From assembly GCA_039028615.1 (NCBI GenBank), contig JBCCHT010000011.1, forward strand, positions 128,001 to 192,000: a stretch of DNA of 64,000 bases. Reading direction: 5' to 3'. The notes under the pieces are model-generated. The model saw only the letters and a list, made by a program, of their open reading frames with translations, made no database searches and was not told the DNA's origin. Every line of letters begins with the position of its first letter. Position 1 is the first letter of the stretch. The DNA is from Myxococcota bacterium. Its GTDB lineage: Bacteria > Myxococcota_A > Polyangia > Nannocystales > Nannocystaceae. The position numbers and the translations under genes are program-made. Positions 21,391-30,556 of the stretch are shown here, piece by piece.

Positions 21391-24293
21391 AGTGGCTGCA
21401 GCGGACCCTCAGCGTCGCCACGATCTCCGCGATCGCGACCTTTGCCGTCCTGCAGTACCAAAAGTGGCGGCAGTCCCCGGCCGACGCGACCCCGGACATC
21501 GAGTGGTCCGAGGCCTCTGCGTCCGAGCTGGTGCTGCGAGGCTGTGACCTCCGCACCACCGCGCGCGGCACCGAGTGCCTGCTCGACCCCGTGCGCGCCA
21601 GCGACTCGCAGATCGTCCAGACCTGGCTGCGCGGCGCATCCATCCGCGACAAGGGCCGCATCGAGGTGCTCGTCGACGACCAGCCCTTGCCCGCCGAGGA
21701 CCTCGAGCTCGAGGAAATCGACGACGGGCTCCGTCTTCGCATCCCCATGAAGGGGCGCCTGTTCGGTCGCGATCCCAGCCGCTTCGAGATCCGCGCCACG
21801 CTCCGCGACGGGGCGCATCGCTGGGTCACCATCGTGCGCGAGCGCAGGCTGGCGCCGAAGCTCGAGGACCTCGCTTCGCGCATCATCTCCACCTCCGACC
21901 GAGCCCTCCGGGGCGAGCTCGAGGCTCAGCTGGTCGGCCTGCTGCCCCAGCTCGAGGGCAGCGACCGCGTCTACGCCATCGACCGCCTCATCGGACCCAC
22001 GATGGGGCGCAACGAGTTCTCCCGCGCGGTGGAGCTCGCCGACGAAGGGGCCACGGCCGCCCAGGCGAGCGGAGAGCTGACCGTCGGGTGCCGATTCCTC
22101 CGCTTTGGTGTCTCGGTGCTGCTCGACGTCATCAACGACGCCGAGCAGGCCGACGCCTGGTCCACGCGGGCCCAGCACTGCACGGCCGCCACCGAAGACG
22201 AACTCGATCCCGGCCCCGGTCCCGACCCCGACTCTCGCTTCAAGCTCCCCTTCGTCCGCGGCTCGCTCGTCTGGGAGCAAGGCGACCCGGTTGCCGCCGC
22301 CCTGGCCTTCCAGCGCTCGGCTCGTTGGGCCCGGCGCCTCGGCGACCCGAATACCGAGCTCCGCGCCACCATGGGCCAAGCCTCGGCCATGGGTCACGTG
22401 GGGCGCTTCGACGAAGCCGCCGCGCTCATGGCCACCCTCAGCCGCAGCAGCATCGCCGACGACTCCTGCCAGGGCCGGGCGCTCGTGGACTTCAACCGGG
22501 CCAACTATGTCTACGCACATAGCCAGGCCTACGACACCGCGGATACCAAGGCCCGCGAGCTGCTCACCGAGACAGACGAGCTGCTCACCTCCGCGCTCGC
22601 CGTGTTCCTGCGCCAGGAGTGTCTCGAGCGTCGCCGGCTCGATCGCTCCCGTGCCTATCTCAACCGCGCGCTGGCCCGAGTGGCGCTGGGTCGCTTCGAA
22701 GACGCTCGACGCGACCTCGAGCAAGCCGAGCCCGAGGGCGACGAGGACCAAGTGGCCGCCGCCCTGCTGCACGTGAAGGTCGAGCTGGGGCTCGGCCAGT
22801 GGTCGAACGCCGAGTCTCGCCTGGCCCTGCTCCGCACGAAGATCCTCGAGACCTCGCAGGTCGGTGCCAACCTGCTCGGCGATACCGAGGTCGTCGCCGG
22901 CCGCCTCGCCGAGCACCGAGCCGACCTCCGTGCCGCCGCCGAGCACTACCGCCGGGCCGAAGCGCAGTTCGAGTCGGACATGGCCTCGTCGCAGTTCGGC
23001 CTCGTCGCCGATCGCCAGGCGGGTGCCCAGGCCGAAGCCGCCCAACGACTCGTGAGCGTGCTGCTGCGTACGGACGAGCCCGCCGCGGCCCTGTGTGCGG
23101 CCCGGGTGCTGCGGAGCCGTCCTCTGCGACTGATGCACCGCGCGGCCCGGCTCGTCCGCGAAGGCGAGCCCACCCTGAGCCCCCTCGAACGCCAGCTCGA
23201 GGCCGCCCGGGCCCACCACGACCAAAGCCACCACAAGCCGCCACAGCAGCGTGATGCTGCCGACCGCTACGTCCGCGATGCCAACGCCCGATACGAGCAG
23301 GCGCTCGCTCGGGCCACCGCCGGGCGTGCCGAGACCGAGATCGGCGCGCTGTGTGAAACCCTGCCCTCCCCGCAGCCGGACGAGACCTCGCTGCTGTACC
23401 ACCGCGATCACCTCGGGGCGTGGTGGCTGATGGCGTGGACCGCCGACGACCTACGCGTCGAGTCGCTGGGCAAGCTGTCCGGTCGAGAGGCTCCGGCCGT
23501 CCTCACCGAGCGGCTCCTCGAGCCCGCCGCGTCGATGCTGGGTGCCTCCACTCACGTTCGCGTGCTGGCTTCGGGCGCCTTGGAGTCGGTGCCCTTCGAG
23601 ACGCTCCCGTGGCGAGGCACCCCGCTCGAGCAGTCGCATACGGTTCGTCGTGGTCTCGATCTGCCCCCCGGCCCCGACCGCGAGGGAACAAATGCGGGTC
23701 CGATCGTGTTTGCCACCGGGCCCCGCCCCGAGAATGCGCTGCGCGGCACCGACAACTCCGACCTCGAACGAGCCCAGGAGTTCCTGTCGGATCTGCCGGG
23801 CACGCTCATCGCTCATCGCGGCCAGGTCGACGTCGACACGTTCCGGGCGTCCACCACGGGCGCATCTGTGCTGGTCTACGTCGGGCACCACGAGCCGGGC
23901 GATCGCCTCGATGGCACCCATGCCCTCCCGGGGCTCCAGCTCGGCCCGCACAGCGCGGCCGACCTCGACTCCATCCTCGCCATGCAGCCCGGCCCCGCCC
24001 ATGTCGTGCTGGTGACGTGCGAGGGCATCGACGACGACGCCTCGACCTTGTCCGCCGATCTGGGCTTGGTCTCGGCCTACGTGGCCGCCGGGTCCATCGA
24101 AGTGCTCGCCACCACCGAGAGCCTGCGCCCCGACGACGGGGCCGCGGTTGCCCGAGCGATCAGTCGACGACTCTCCGCCATGGACTCCATCGACCTCCCC
24201 CGGGCGCTCGCCGACGTGCGCCGCCGAGGCATCGAAGGCCACGGCTCGGGGGTGCCACTGGACCTCTCCAAGTTTCGCGTCGTGACTCGCTGA
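21387..24293 (+). CDS. TPR-CHAT (caspase HetF-like) protease
   Basis: N-terminal hydrophobic anchor and TPR-like helices; CHAT motifs GALESVPFETL, LVYVGHH (His), VVLVTCEG (Cys), AYVAAGS. Confidence 0.8.
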   Translation: MKWLQRTLSVATISAIATFAVLQYQKWRQSPADATPDIEWSEASASELVLRGCDLRTTARGTECLLDPVRASDSQIVQTWLRGASIRDKGRIEVLVDDQPLPAEDLELEEIDDGLRLRIPMKGRLFGRDPSRFEIRATLRDGAHRWVTIVRERRLAPKLEDLASRIISTSDRALRGELEAQLVGLLPQLEGSDRVYAIDRLIGPTMGRNEFSRAVELADEGATAAQASGELTVGCRFLRFGVSVLLDVINDAEQADAWSTRAQHCTAATEDELDPGPGPDPDSRFKLPFVRGSLVWEQGDPVAAALAFQRSARWARRLGDPNTELRATMGQASAMGHVGRFDEAAALMATLSRSSIADDSCQGRALVDFNRANYVYAHSQAYDTADTKARELLTETDELLTSALAVFLRQECLERRRLDRSRAYLNRALARVALGRFEDARRDLEQAEPEGDEDQVAAALLHVKVELGLGQWSNAESRLALLRTKILETSQVGANLLGDTEVVAGRLAEHRADLRAAAEHYRRAEAQFESDMASSQFGLVADRQAGAQAEAAQRLVSVLLRTDEPAAALCAARVLRSRPLRLMHRAARLVREGEPTLSPLERQLEAARAHHDQSHHKPPQQRDAADRYVRDANARYEQALARATAGRAETEIGALCETLPSPQPDETSLLYHRDHLGAWWLMAWTADDLRVESLGKLSGREAPAVLTERLLEPAASMLGASTHVRVLASGALESVPFETLPWRGTPLEQSHTVRRGLDLPPGPDREGTNAGPIVFATGPRPENALRGTDNSDLERAQEFLSDLPGTLIAHRGQVDVDTFRASTTGASVLVYVGHHEPGDRLDGTHALPGLQLGPHSAADLDSILAMQPGPAHVVLVTCEGIDDDASTLSADLGLVSAYVAAGSIEVLATTESLRPDDGAAVARAISRRLSAMDSIDLPRALADVRRRGIEGHGSGVPLDLSKFRVVTR

Positions 24294-24364
24294 GAACGAA
24301 TCGCGAAATAAATTGAATATTGGGGGGTAAGAATCGCGCGCCTCGTAGCCTACTAGGTGATGCG

Positions 24365-24742
24365 ATGACTACTCCGCTGCTCAACCTGTTCCCCATCAAC
24401 GCGGCACTGCTTGCCTCGCAAGAGACTCGCCGCCCCACCCTCGGTTCCATCGACTATGTCGTGGAAAACCGCGACAACCGGATCTACGTGTCCGACCTCG
24501 AGCTGTCCGCCGACCTGAAGGCCAAGCTCACCGGTCCGACCATCGTGACCGCATTCTTCACGCTCGGCCAATCCCGGACCGAGATCGACGGCGCCCTCCT
24601 GCAGGGTGAGCGCAATGCCTTCGAGCTCCGCCACAGCGGCGAGCTGGGCGAGCTCCAAGAGCTTCGCCTGTCCCCCGAGGGCGAAGACGGCTGGGCAGTG
24701 GTCCTGGTTCCCCGCCACCGTCTCGACGCTGAAGCCTCTTGA
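24365..24742 (+). CDS. Hypothetical protein
   Basis: ORF with host-like codon usage; ATG follows an AGGTG RBS-like sequence. Confidence 0.6.
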   Translation: MTTPLLNLFPINAALLASQETRRPTLGSIDYVVENRDNRIYVSDLELSADLKAKLTGPTIVTAFFTLGQSRTEIDGALLQGERNAFELRHSGELGELQELRLSPEGEDGWAVVLVPRHRLDAEAS

Positions 24743-24856
24743 TTCGTACTGCCCCCGACCACGAATCAATCACGAGCACGCTCATCGTCGAGAGCAGCGT
24801 CCACGTCGGGTCGGCCCCTTTCGGGGGGTCGGCCCGACTGGATTTCGAAGCCTGGG

Positions 24857-25186
24857 TCACTTCGCGGGCAGCGAACGCGCAAACTTCAGCCCGCGCTCGA
24901 TCCACGCCTTCAGGTCCTCGTCCGTCCGAAATCCTGGTTTCCCCACATAGACCATGCCCTTCATCGGGCGCTTGGTGAAATCCATCGGGCGCGCATGCGG
25001 CATGGCCAGCGCTTCCGCGTGCGCCTTGGGGCCCACCCGCACCATCAGCTCGTCCTTCACGATCCCGAAGGCCATGTTCCCCGAGGCCATGAAGGCCACC
25101 CCACCGAACATGTTCCGCTCCGTGATGCCCTTGCGGCGGGCCACCACCGTACGAATTCTCTCCGCCAACATCTCGTCGTACGCCAT
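24857..25186 (-). CDS. TfoX/Sxy N-terminal domain family protein
   Basis: MAYDEMLAERIR, MFGGVAFM, LMVRVG, RPMKGMVYV, SLPAK. Confidence 0.9.
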   Translation of the reverse strand: MAYDEMLAERIRTVVARRKGITERNMFGGVAFMASGNMAFGIVKDELMVRVGPKAHAEALAMPHARPMDFTKRPMKGMVYVGKPGFRTDEDLKAWIERGLKFARSLPAK

Positions 25187-25353
25187 CGTCTGGTTCTCCT
25201 CACCCTCACGACGCGGCCGCCCCTCGCCGATCGACATCCAGTGTGCCGACTGCGTCAATCTCGGTCCATCGCCGGTATTGCGAGCGGCATGGAACACAGA
25301 TTCGAGACGTGAGACACCACGCGTAGGCTACGAGTCGCGGCCCCCTTGCTACC

Positions 25354-25842
25354 GTGGGCTCCGTGCCCGAGTCCCCCTCGCCTGCATCCCCGCCCGACGC
25401 GGGCTCCAGAGGGCAGACCCTGGTGCGGCTTTCGGTCACCGCCCTCCTGCTCGTCGCCGTATGGATGCCCGCGCGCCCCGGGGCCGAGGATGGCTTCCCC
25501 TTCTCCACCTATCCCATGTTCGGCTACGCCCGGACCGAGCGTTCCGTCATCGAGACCGTCGTGGGGGTCGAGGCCGACGGCCGACGACGACCCCTGACCC
25601 CCTGGCACATCGCCGGCACCACCCGCGCCAAGCAGGCCCTCGCCACCGCCCGCGCGGCCATTCGCCGCGGCACCGCGGCCGACCTGTGCCGTGACGTCGC
25701 GGCCCGAATCGCCGAGCGCCCCCTGCCCGCCGACCTCGTGTCCGTCGAAGTCGTCAGCGACACCTGGCGAGCCCTCGACGTCATCGAGCCCGGCGCGGGC
25801 CCCCTCGAGCGCCAGGTCCACGCCCGCTGCGAGGTGCCCTAG
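25354..25842 (+). CDS. Hypothetical protein, partner of the HTTM-like protein
   Basis: Signal/TM segment then DGFPFSTYPMF; abuts the next gene. Start is uncertain. Confidence 0.7.
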   Translation: MGSVPESPSPASPPDAGSRGQTLVRLSVTALLLVAVWMPARPGAEDGFPFSTYPMFGYARTERSVIETVVGVEADGRRRPLTPWHIAGTTRAKQALATARAAIRRGTAADLCRDVAARIAERPLPADLVSVEVVSDTWRALDVIEPGAGPLERQVHARCEVP

Positions 25843-26727
25843 ATGTGGAGCGCCGTCGACCGCTGGCTCGGGCCTCCCGCCCCCGCCTCTCGCCTCGCCG
25901 CCGTACGGGTCGCCGTGGTCGCGTTCGCCCTGGCCTGGACCGCGGGCATCGCCTCCGAGCTGCTCACGCGGGCCCAGCTCGATCCCAGCCGCTTCGCCCC
26001 CGTCGGCCTCGCCGGGCTCTTCGGCGTCGTCCCGCCCGCCCTCGTCACGACTGCGCTCGTCGTTGTCTTCGGCCTCGGCATCCTCGCCCTCGTCGGCCGC
26101 GGCTACCGATGGAGCGCCCCCGCCTTCGCCCTCACCCTCACCTGGCTGCTCTCCTATCGCAACAGCTGGGGCCACATGTCGCACTCCGAGCACCTGCTCG
26201 TCCTGCACCTGTGGGTCCTCGCCTTCGCCCCCGCGGCCGACGCCCTGCGCCTGCGCTCGACCGCTCCCGCCACTGCTCCTTCCGGTCGATACGGCTGGCC
26301 CCAGCGCCTGCTGATGGTCGTCACCGTCTCCACCTACGTCATCGCCGGCCTCGCCAAGCTCCGCGGAGGCGGATCGTGGATCTCCGGCGAAACCGTACGT
26401 CTGCACGTCGCCACCGAGGTGCTGCGCAACGACATGATCGGCACCGATGCCGCCCTCATCGGCCGCCCCCTGCTGCCCTTCGCGGGCCTCTTCGGTGCCT
26501 TCGCCATCTTCACCCTCGTCGTCGAGCTGGGCGCCCCCCTCGCTGTGGCGGCCGGCCGCATCCGCCTGGCCTGGGTCGCCGCCGTCTGGTCCATGCACCT
26601 GGGCATCGGCCTCGTCATGGGCATCGGCTTCGCCTACCCCCTCAGCGGCGTCGCCTTTGCGGCCTTTGTCCCCCTCGAGCGCCTCGTGGACTGGCTCACC
26701 CGGCTTCGGCAGCGCCGCCCTGCCTGA
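25843..26727 (+). CDS. HTTM-like polytopic membrane protein
   Basis: Several TM helices; GHMSHSEHL, YVIAGLAKL..GGSWISGE, LVVELGAPL, MHLGIGLVMGIGF. Confidence 0.75.
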   Translation: MWSAVDRWLGPPAPASRLAAVRVAVVAFALAWTAGIASELLTRAQLDPSRFAPVGLAGLFGVVPPALVTTALVVVFGLGILALVGRGYRWSAPAFALTLTWLLSYRNSWGHMSHSEHLLVLHLWVLAFAPAADALRLRSTAPATAPSGRYGWPQRLLMVVTVSTYVIAGLAKLRGGGSWISGETVRLHVATEVLRNDMIGTDAALIGRPLLPFAGLFGAFAIFTLVVELGAPLAVAAGRIRLAWVAAVWSMHLGIGLVMGIGFAYPLSGVAFAAFVPLERLVDWLTRLRQRRPA

Positions 26728-26753
26728 GCGTGTTATGGACCCAACCGATCGTC

Positions 26754-27629
26754 ATGGCGCACTCCCTCGAGATCGGACAGTTCAATGAGCTCGACGTCGT
26801 CGCGCTGGTCGAGGCCGGCGTGCTGCTCGGCTCGGGCGAGCTCGAGCTGTTCCTCCCCTCCCACCTGTGCCCCATCGGCGTGGATATCGGCACCACCATC
26901 GACGTCTTCGTCTACGTCGACCGCGACGGTGCCCCCCAGGTCACCACCCGGGTCCCCGAAGCCGTCGTCGGCGAGTTCGCCTTCCTGAAGTGCGTCAACA
27001 CCACCCGCGCCGGGGCCTTCCTCGACTGGGGCGCCCCCAAGGACCTGTTCGTCCCCCCCGACCAGCAGACCACCCTCATGGTCGAAGGTCGCAGCTACGT
27101 CGTCGCCGTCGTCCTCGACCGCAAGGGCGAGAAGATCATGGGCTCCGCGCGCTTGTCCGAGCACTTCGACTACGACGTCGACGACGTCCAGCCCGACGCC
27201 GAAGTCGAGCTGCTCGTGCACGGTCACTCCGACGCCGGCATCCAGGTCGTCGTCGACCGGCGGTACCGGGGCCTCATCCACAAGTCCGACGTCTACAAGC
27301 GGCTGTCCGTCGGGGATGAAGTTCACGGCTTCGTCCGGCAGATCCGCCCCGACAACCGGCTCGACGTTGCGCTCACCCGGCGGGGTCTCGGGGGGATCGA
27401 GGATGCGCAGTGGCAGATCCTCTCCGCGCTCAAGAAGGAGGGCGGGTTCTTGCCGCTGCACGACAAGAGCGCGCCCAAGGAGATCGAGCGGGCGCTCGGG
27501 ATGAGCAAGAAGGCCTTCAAGCGGGGGGTCGGGGGGCTCTACAAGGCGCGGCGGATTCGGCTCGTCGAGGGGGGGATTTCGTTGGTTGGGGATGAAGGGG
27601 CGGATGAGGATGATCGGGATGAGGGGTAG
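26754..27629 (+). CDS. cvfB: CvfB/YitL family S1 RNA-binding protein
   Basis: IGQFNELDV, GAFLDWGAPKDLFVP, LPLHDKSAPKEI, MSKKAFKRGVGGLYK. Confidence 0.92.
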   Translation: MAHSLEIGQFNELDVVALVEAGVLLGSGELELFLPSHLCPIGVDIGTTIDVFVYVDRDGAPQVTTRVPEAVVGEFAFLKCVNTTRAGAFLDWGAPKDLFVPPDQQTTLMVEGRSYVVAVVLDRKGEKIMGSARLSEHFDYDVDDVQPDAEVELLVHGHSDAGIQVVVDRRYRGLIHKSDVYKRLSVGDEVHGFVRQIRPDNRLDVALTRRGLGGIEDAQWQILSALKKEGGFLPLHDKSAPKEIERALGMSKKAFKRGVGGLYKARRIRLVEGGISLVGDEGADEDDRDEG

Positions 27630-27697
27630 GAGGGGCTAGGCGGGGGTTTAATGGGGGGTTGCTCTGGGTGGGGGATGGTTGATATTCCCGGGGCGCC

Positions 27698-27784
27698 GGA
27701 GGAGTGGCCGAGTGGTTGAAGGCGGCGGACTTGAAATCCGTTGTAGGGGCGACTCTACCGGGGGTTCGAATCCCTCCTCCTCCG
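27698..27784 (+). tRNA. tRNA-Ser (anticodon UGA), CCA not encoded
   Basis: Acceptor stem GGAGGAG/CTCCTCC; anticodon arm GCGGA-CTTGAAA-TCCGT; long variable arm; T arm GGGGG-TTCGAAT-CCCTC; discriminator G. Confidence 0.97.
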
Positions 27785-27963
27785 CCCTTCGTTCGCTTCG
27801 CTCCACTTCGGTTGGATGAGGAGGGCTTCAGGCGGCGGTTGGACCCCGGAGGGGTCCGCCCTTAGGCTCGAATCCCTCTGCGAAAGGGCTTGGTGGTTGT
27901 GGCGGCTTGGGGGGCCGGAGCCTGGGTGGTGGCGGTTGGTCGTTGGGGGGGTACAAAGGGGGT

Positions 27964-28644
27964 GTGACGACGTGGCCTCCGGAGTCGGTGCATGGGTTCG
28001 ATGGGTGGGCGGCTGTCTTTACCGATGCGGTGGGGTCGACGGAGGCTCTGATTTCGAACGATGGGGCCAGGGTGCACTTGAGGGTGCTGGGGGTGAGGTT
28101 TGCGGGGGCGTGGTTGGACGACTTTGCGCCCGTGGGGAACGAACCGGTGCCTGGTCGCTTGCGGCTGCATCGAGGGGACCTTTGCGACTATAGGCTCGAG
28201 TTTCGAGTGCCGATGACCGTCCGCGAGGGGGCTGACGATGTCGCGACGGCGCTCGATGTGTGTGTCGAACTGGGGCCTCCGACCGAGCGTGGGGGGCTCT
28301 CCCATGAGTGGGTGCAGCTACGTTTGTCGTTCGATGGGGCGGAGGAGTACACGACGAGGCGGCATGACTTGTTCGAGACTGCGTTGGATGAAGTGCGAGA
28401 ACATCTCGGTGCGGGGTCCCTACTGAAGTGCTGCTTTGGTTGTGATTTCTCGGACTATTCGCCGTACGGGAACGGGATGTTTGGGACGTTGTATTGCTTT
28501 CGAACGGCCAAGGAGCAGTATCGGAGGGTCGTTGGTAAGGATGAGATCTTCGAGCTTTGGGATGAAGCGGCGGGGGCGGTGCAGGAGACGTGGCTGTGCG
28601 AGGAGTGGGAAGCACGAGCGGCGAACCGAGGCTATCGAGGGTGA
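27964..28644 (+). CDS. Conserved hypothetical protein (DUF6304-like, Cys-rich C-terminus)
   Basis: CCFGCDFSDYSPYGNGMFGTLYCFR..VQETWLCEEW..RGYRG. Start is uncertain. Confidence 0.7.
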   Translation: MTTWPPESVHGFDGWAAVFTDAVGSTEALISNDGARVHLRVLGVRFAGAWLDDFAPVGNEPVPGRLRLHRGDLCDYRLEFRVPMTVREGADDVATALDVCVELGPPTERGGLSHEWVQLRLSFDGAEEYTTRRHDLFETALDEVREHLGAGSLLKCCFGCDFSDYSPYGNGMFGTLYCFRTAKEQYRRVVGKDEIFELWDEAAGAVQETWLCEEWEARAANRGYRG

Positions 28645-28688
28645 AGTAAGCGAGGCGAGTGCCGTCTCGTGCAGCAAGCGGGGCGAGC

Positions 28689-29729
28689 CTAGAGGTCGTC
28701 GAGGTACTCGAGCACGAGTTGGATGCCCTCGTCGTGAAGGAGGGTGGTTCCGAGGTAGGGCATGTCGCCGTCCTGGAGCTGTCGAGCGACTCGGTCTCGT
28801 CGGTCGTCGAGGCCGGTCTGCTCGACGGGTGTCGAGTAGCGGAAGTCGAGGTCGCGTTTGGATGCTCGATCCCAGCGCCCCGGGCTGTGGCAGTGGGCAC
28901 AGTTGATGTCGAGGTAGGCGCGTGCGCGCTCGGTCAGGGACTCGGTGTCGTCTTTGTAGTTGGGGATGGTGGCGACCGATCCGTCATCGACTCTGCTGAG
29001 GACGCCTTCGGCTTGAAAGTACGCCAGCTGGTTGACGTCGTTGCCCTCGCGCTCGACGAATCGGTTCAGGTTGCGAGGCGTGGGGCCGATGAACACGGCG
29101 GACTCGTTCGCCTGATGGCAGGTCACGCACTCGCCCTCGTGCGGGACGACATAGTCCGTGGTGCGAGGTTGGCCGACCCGGTCGGTCCACGAAACGGCCG
29201 TGGTGGTCCCCTCCAGAAGCAGCGTGGCGTCGGTTTGTTCCGCATTCCACAGGTAGGTCGCGGCGTTCCAAAGACCAGCGGACTTGACCAGGAGCCGGGT
29301 CTCGATGACCCGCACTGGCGCGGTAGCGTCGCGCATGTCGGACGGGTAGTAGAAGGTCTTCACGAGGACTGCCCCGTCCGGGAATTCCAGCTCTCCATCG
29401 TCCGTCAGCGTCATCGTCGTGCCTTCGGGGACCCTCAGGAGGCGCTGCTTGTAGGCATAGTCCGTGAACAGCTCCGAAGAGAGTTCGTACGGGAGCGCGC
29501 GCTCGGCCGGCTGAAGTGATGCCATTGGCTCTTCGTAGAGCGCGTAGGCGGAAAGCCTCTCTGGAAAGGGCTCGGTCCGCGGGATGTCGAAGTCGAGGTC
29601 GTAGGGGTCGGGCTCGAAGGTTTCCTGGCCGCACCCCGACCCGACCGCCAGCAGAGAGACGACGGCGATGACCGCGCGCAGGTGTCCACGGTGGCTCCGT
29701 CCCCTGCGGTCGTGTCGATTCGATTCCAT
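28689..29729 (-). CDS. Diheme c-type cytochrome lipoprotein (SO2930-like)
   Basis: Lipobox GSGC; LFTDYAYKQR, FPDGAVLVKTF, IETRLL; two CxxCH motifs (CVTCH, CAHCH). Confidence 0.85.
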   Translation of the reverse strand: MESNRHDRRGRSHRGHLRAVIAVVSLLAVGSGCGQETFEPDPYDLDFDIPRTEPFPERLSAYALYEEPMASLQPAERALPYELSSELFTDYAYKQRLLRVPEGTTMTLTDDGELEFPDGAVLVKTFYYPSDMRDATAPVRVIETRLLVKSAGLWNAATYLWNAEQTDATLLLEGTTTAVSWTDRVGQPRTTDYVVPHEGECVTCHQANESAVFIGPTPRNLNRFVEREGNDVNQLAYFQAEGVLSRVDDGSVATIPNYKDDTESLTERARAYLDINCAHCHSPGRWDRASKRDLDFRYSTPVEQTGLDDRRDRVARQLQDGDMPYLGTTLLHDEGIQLVLEYLDDL

Positions 29730-29860
29730 GAGCGCCGTTTCGTCGCGAAGCGCGACGAGGCCATGATTCGTGTTCTAGCCAACAGAAGACGGCATTTCAC
29801 GTGCCCTTACACTTCTTTAGATTCGCGACGCCGCAGGCTCGGTACGAGTGGTTCGGACCC

Positions 29861-30556
29861 ATGAACATCCTCATCGTGGAAGACGACGTGCGGACCGCTG
29901 AGCTCCTCGAGGAGCTTCTGGCGATGGAACCGCACCACGTCGTCTGCGTGCCGACCGGCGAGGAGGGGCTCGCCCACCTGCGCTCGGCCCCGGTCGACTT
30001 GGTGGTGCTCGACGTGATGCTCCCGGGACGCGACGGCTACTCGATCTGCGCCGAGATTCGCTCGTTCTCTTCGGTACGAATCCTGATGCTGTCCGCACGC
30101 GGGGCGCCCGAGGACCGAGTCGATGGGCTCAGGCTGGGAGCCGACGACTACTTGCCCAAGCCGTTCCACGCGCAAGAACTCCTCGCCCGCATCGAGGCGC
30201 TCTCGCGGCGTAGCCCGGTCGCGGAGACCGAGTCGGCAGGACCCGTCGCGCGAGCCCGTGGGCTGCGGCTCGACGGCAACGCCCGCACCGTCCACCTCGA
30301 CGACGCGGAGATCCCTCTGACCGGTGCGGAGTTCGATATCTTGCGTGCGCTCGTCGAACGGGCCGGACGCGTCGTGTCGCGGGAACGCTTGATGGAGCTG
30401 GCGCGCGGCACCGAGTTCACGGCGTTCGATCGTGCCATCGACGTGCACATCAGCAACATCCGAAAGAAGCTGGGCGAGACCCCCGGCGCCCCCCGTTGGA
30501 TTCGCACCGTCCGCGGGATCGGCTACCAGGTGAACGTGCTTCGAGACGAACCTTGA
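29861..30556 (+). CDS. OmpR-family response regulator
   Basis: ILIVEDD, LDVMLPG, GADDYLPKPF, IDVHISNIRKKL, IRTVRGIGY. Confidence 0.96.
   Translation: MNILIVEDDVRTAELLEELLAMEPHHVVCVPTGEEGLAHLRSAPVDLVVLDVMLPGRDGYSICAEIRSFSSVRILMLSARGAPEDRVDGLRLGADDYLPKPFHAQELLARIEALSRRSPVAETESAGPVARARGLRLDGNARTVHLDDAEIPLTGAEFDILRALVERAGRVVSRERLMELARGTEFTAFDRAIDVHISNIRKKLGETPGAPRWIRTVRGIGYQVNVLRDEP

Noticed and set aside
27698..27784. tRNA-Sec or suppressor tRNA
   Set aside because: Anticodon UGA reads UCA (Ser). tRNA-Sec has anticodon UCA and a longer acceptor stem.
27820..27880. Second tRNA gene
   Set aside because: Only fragments match; there is no acceptor stem or anticodon arm.
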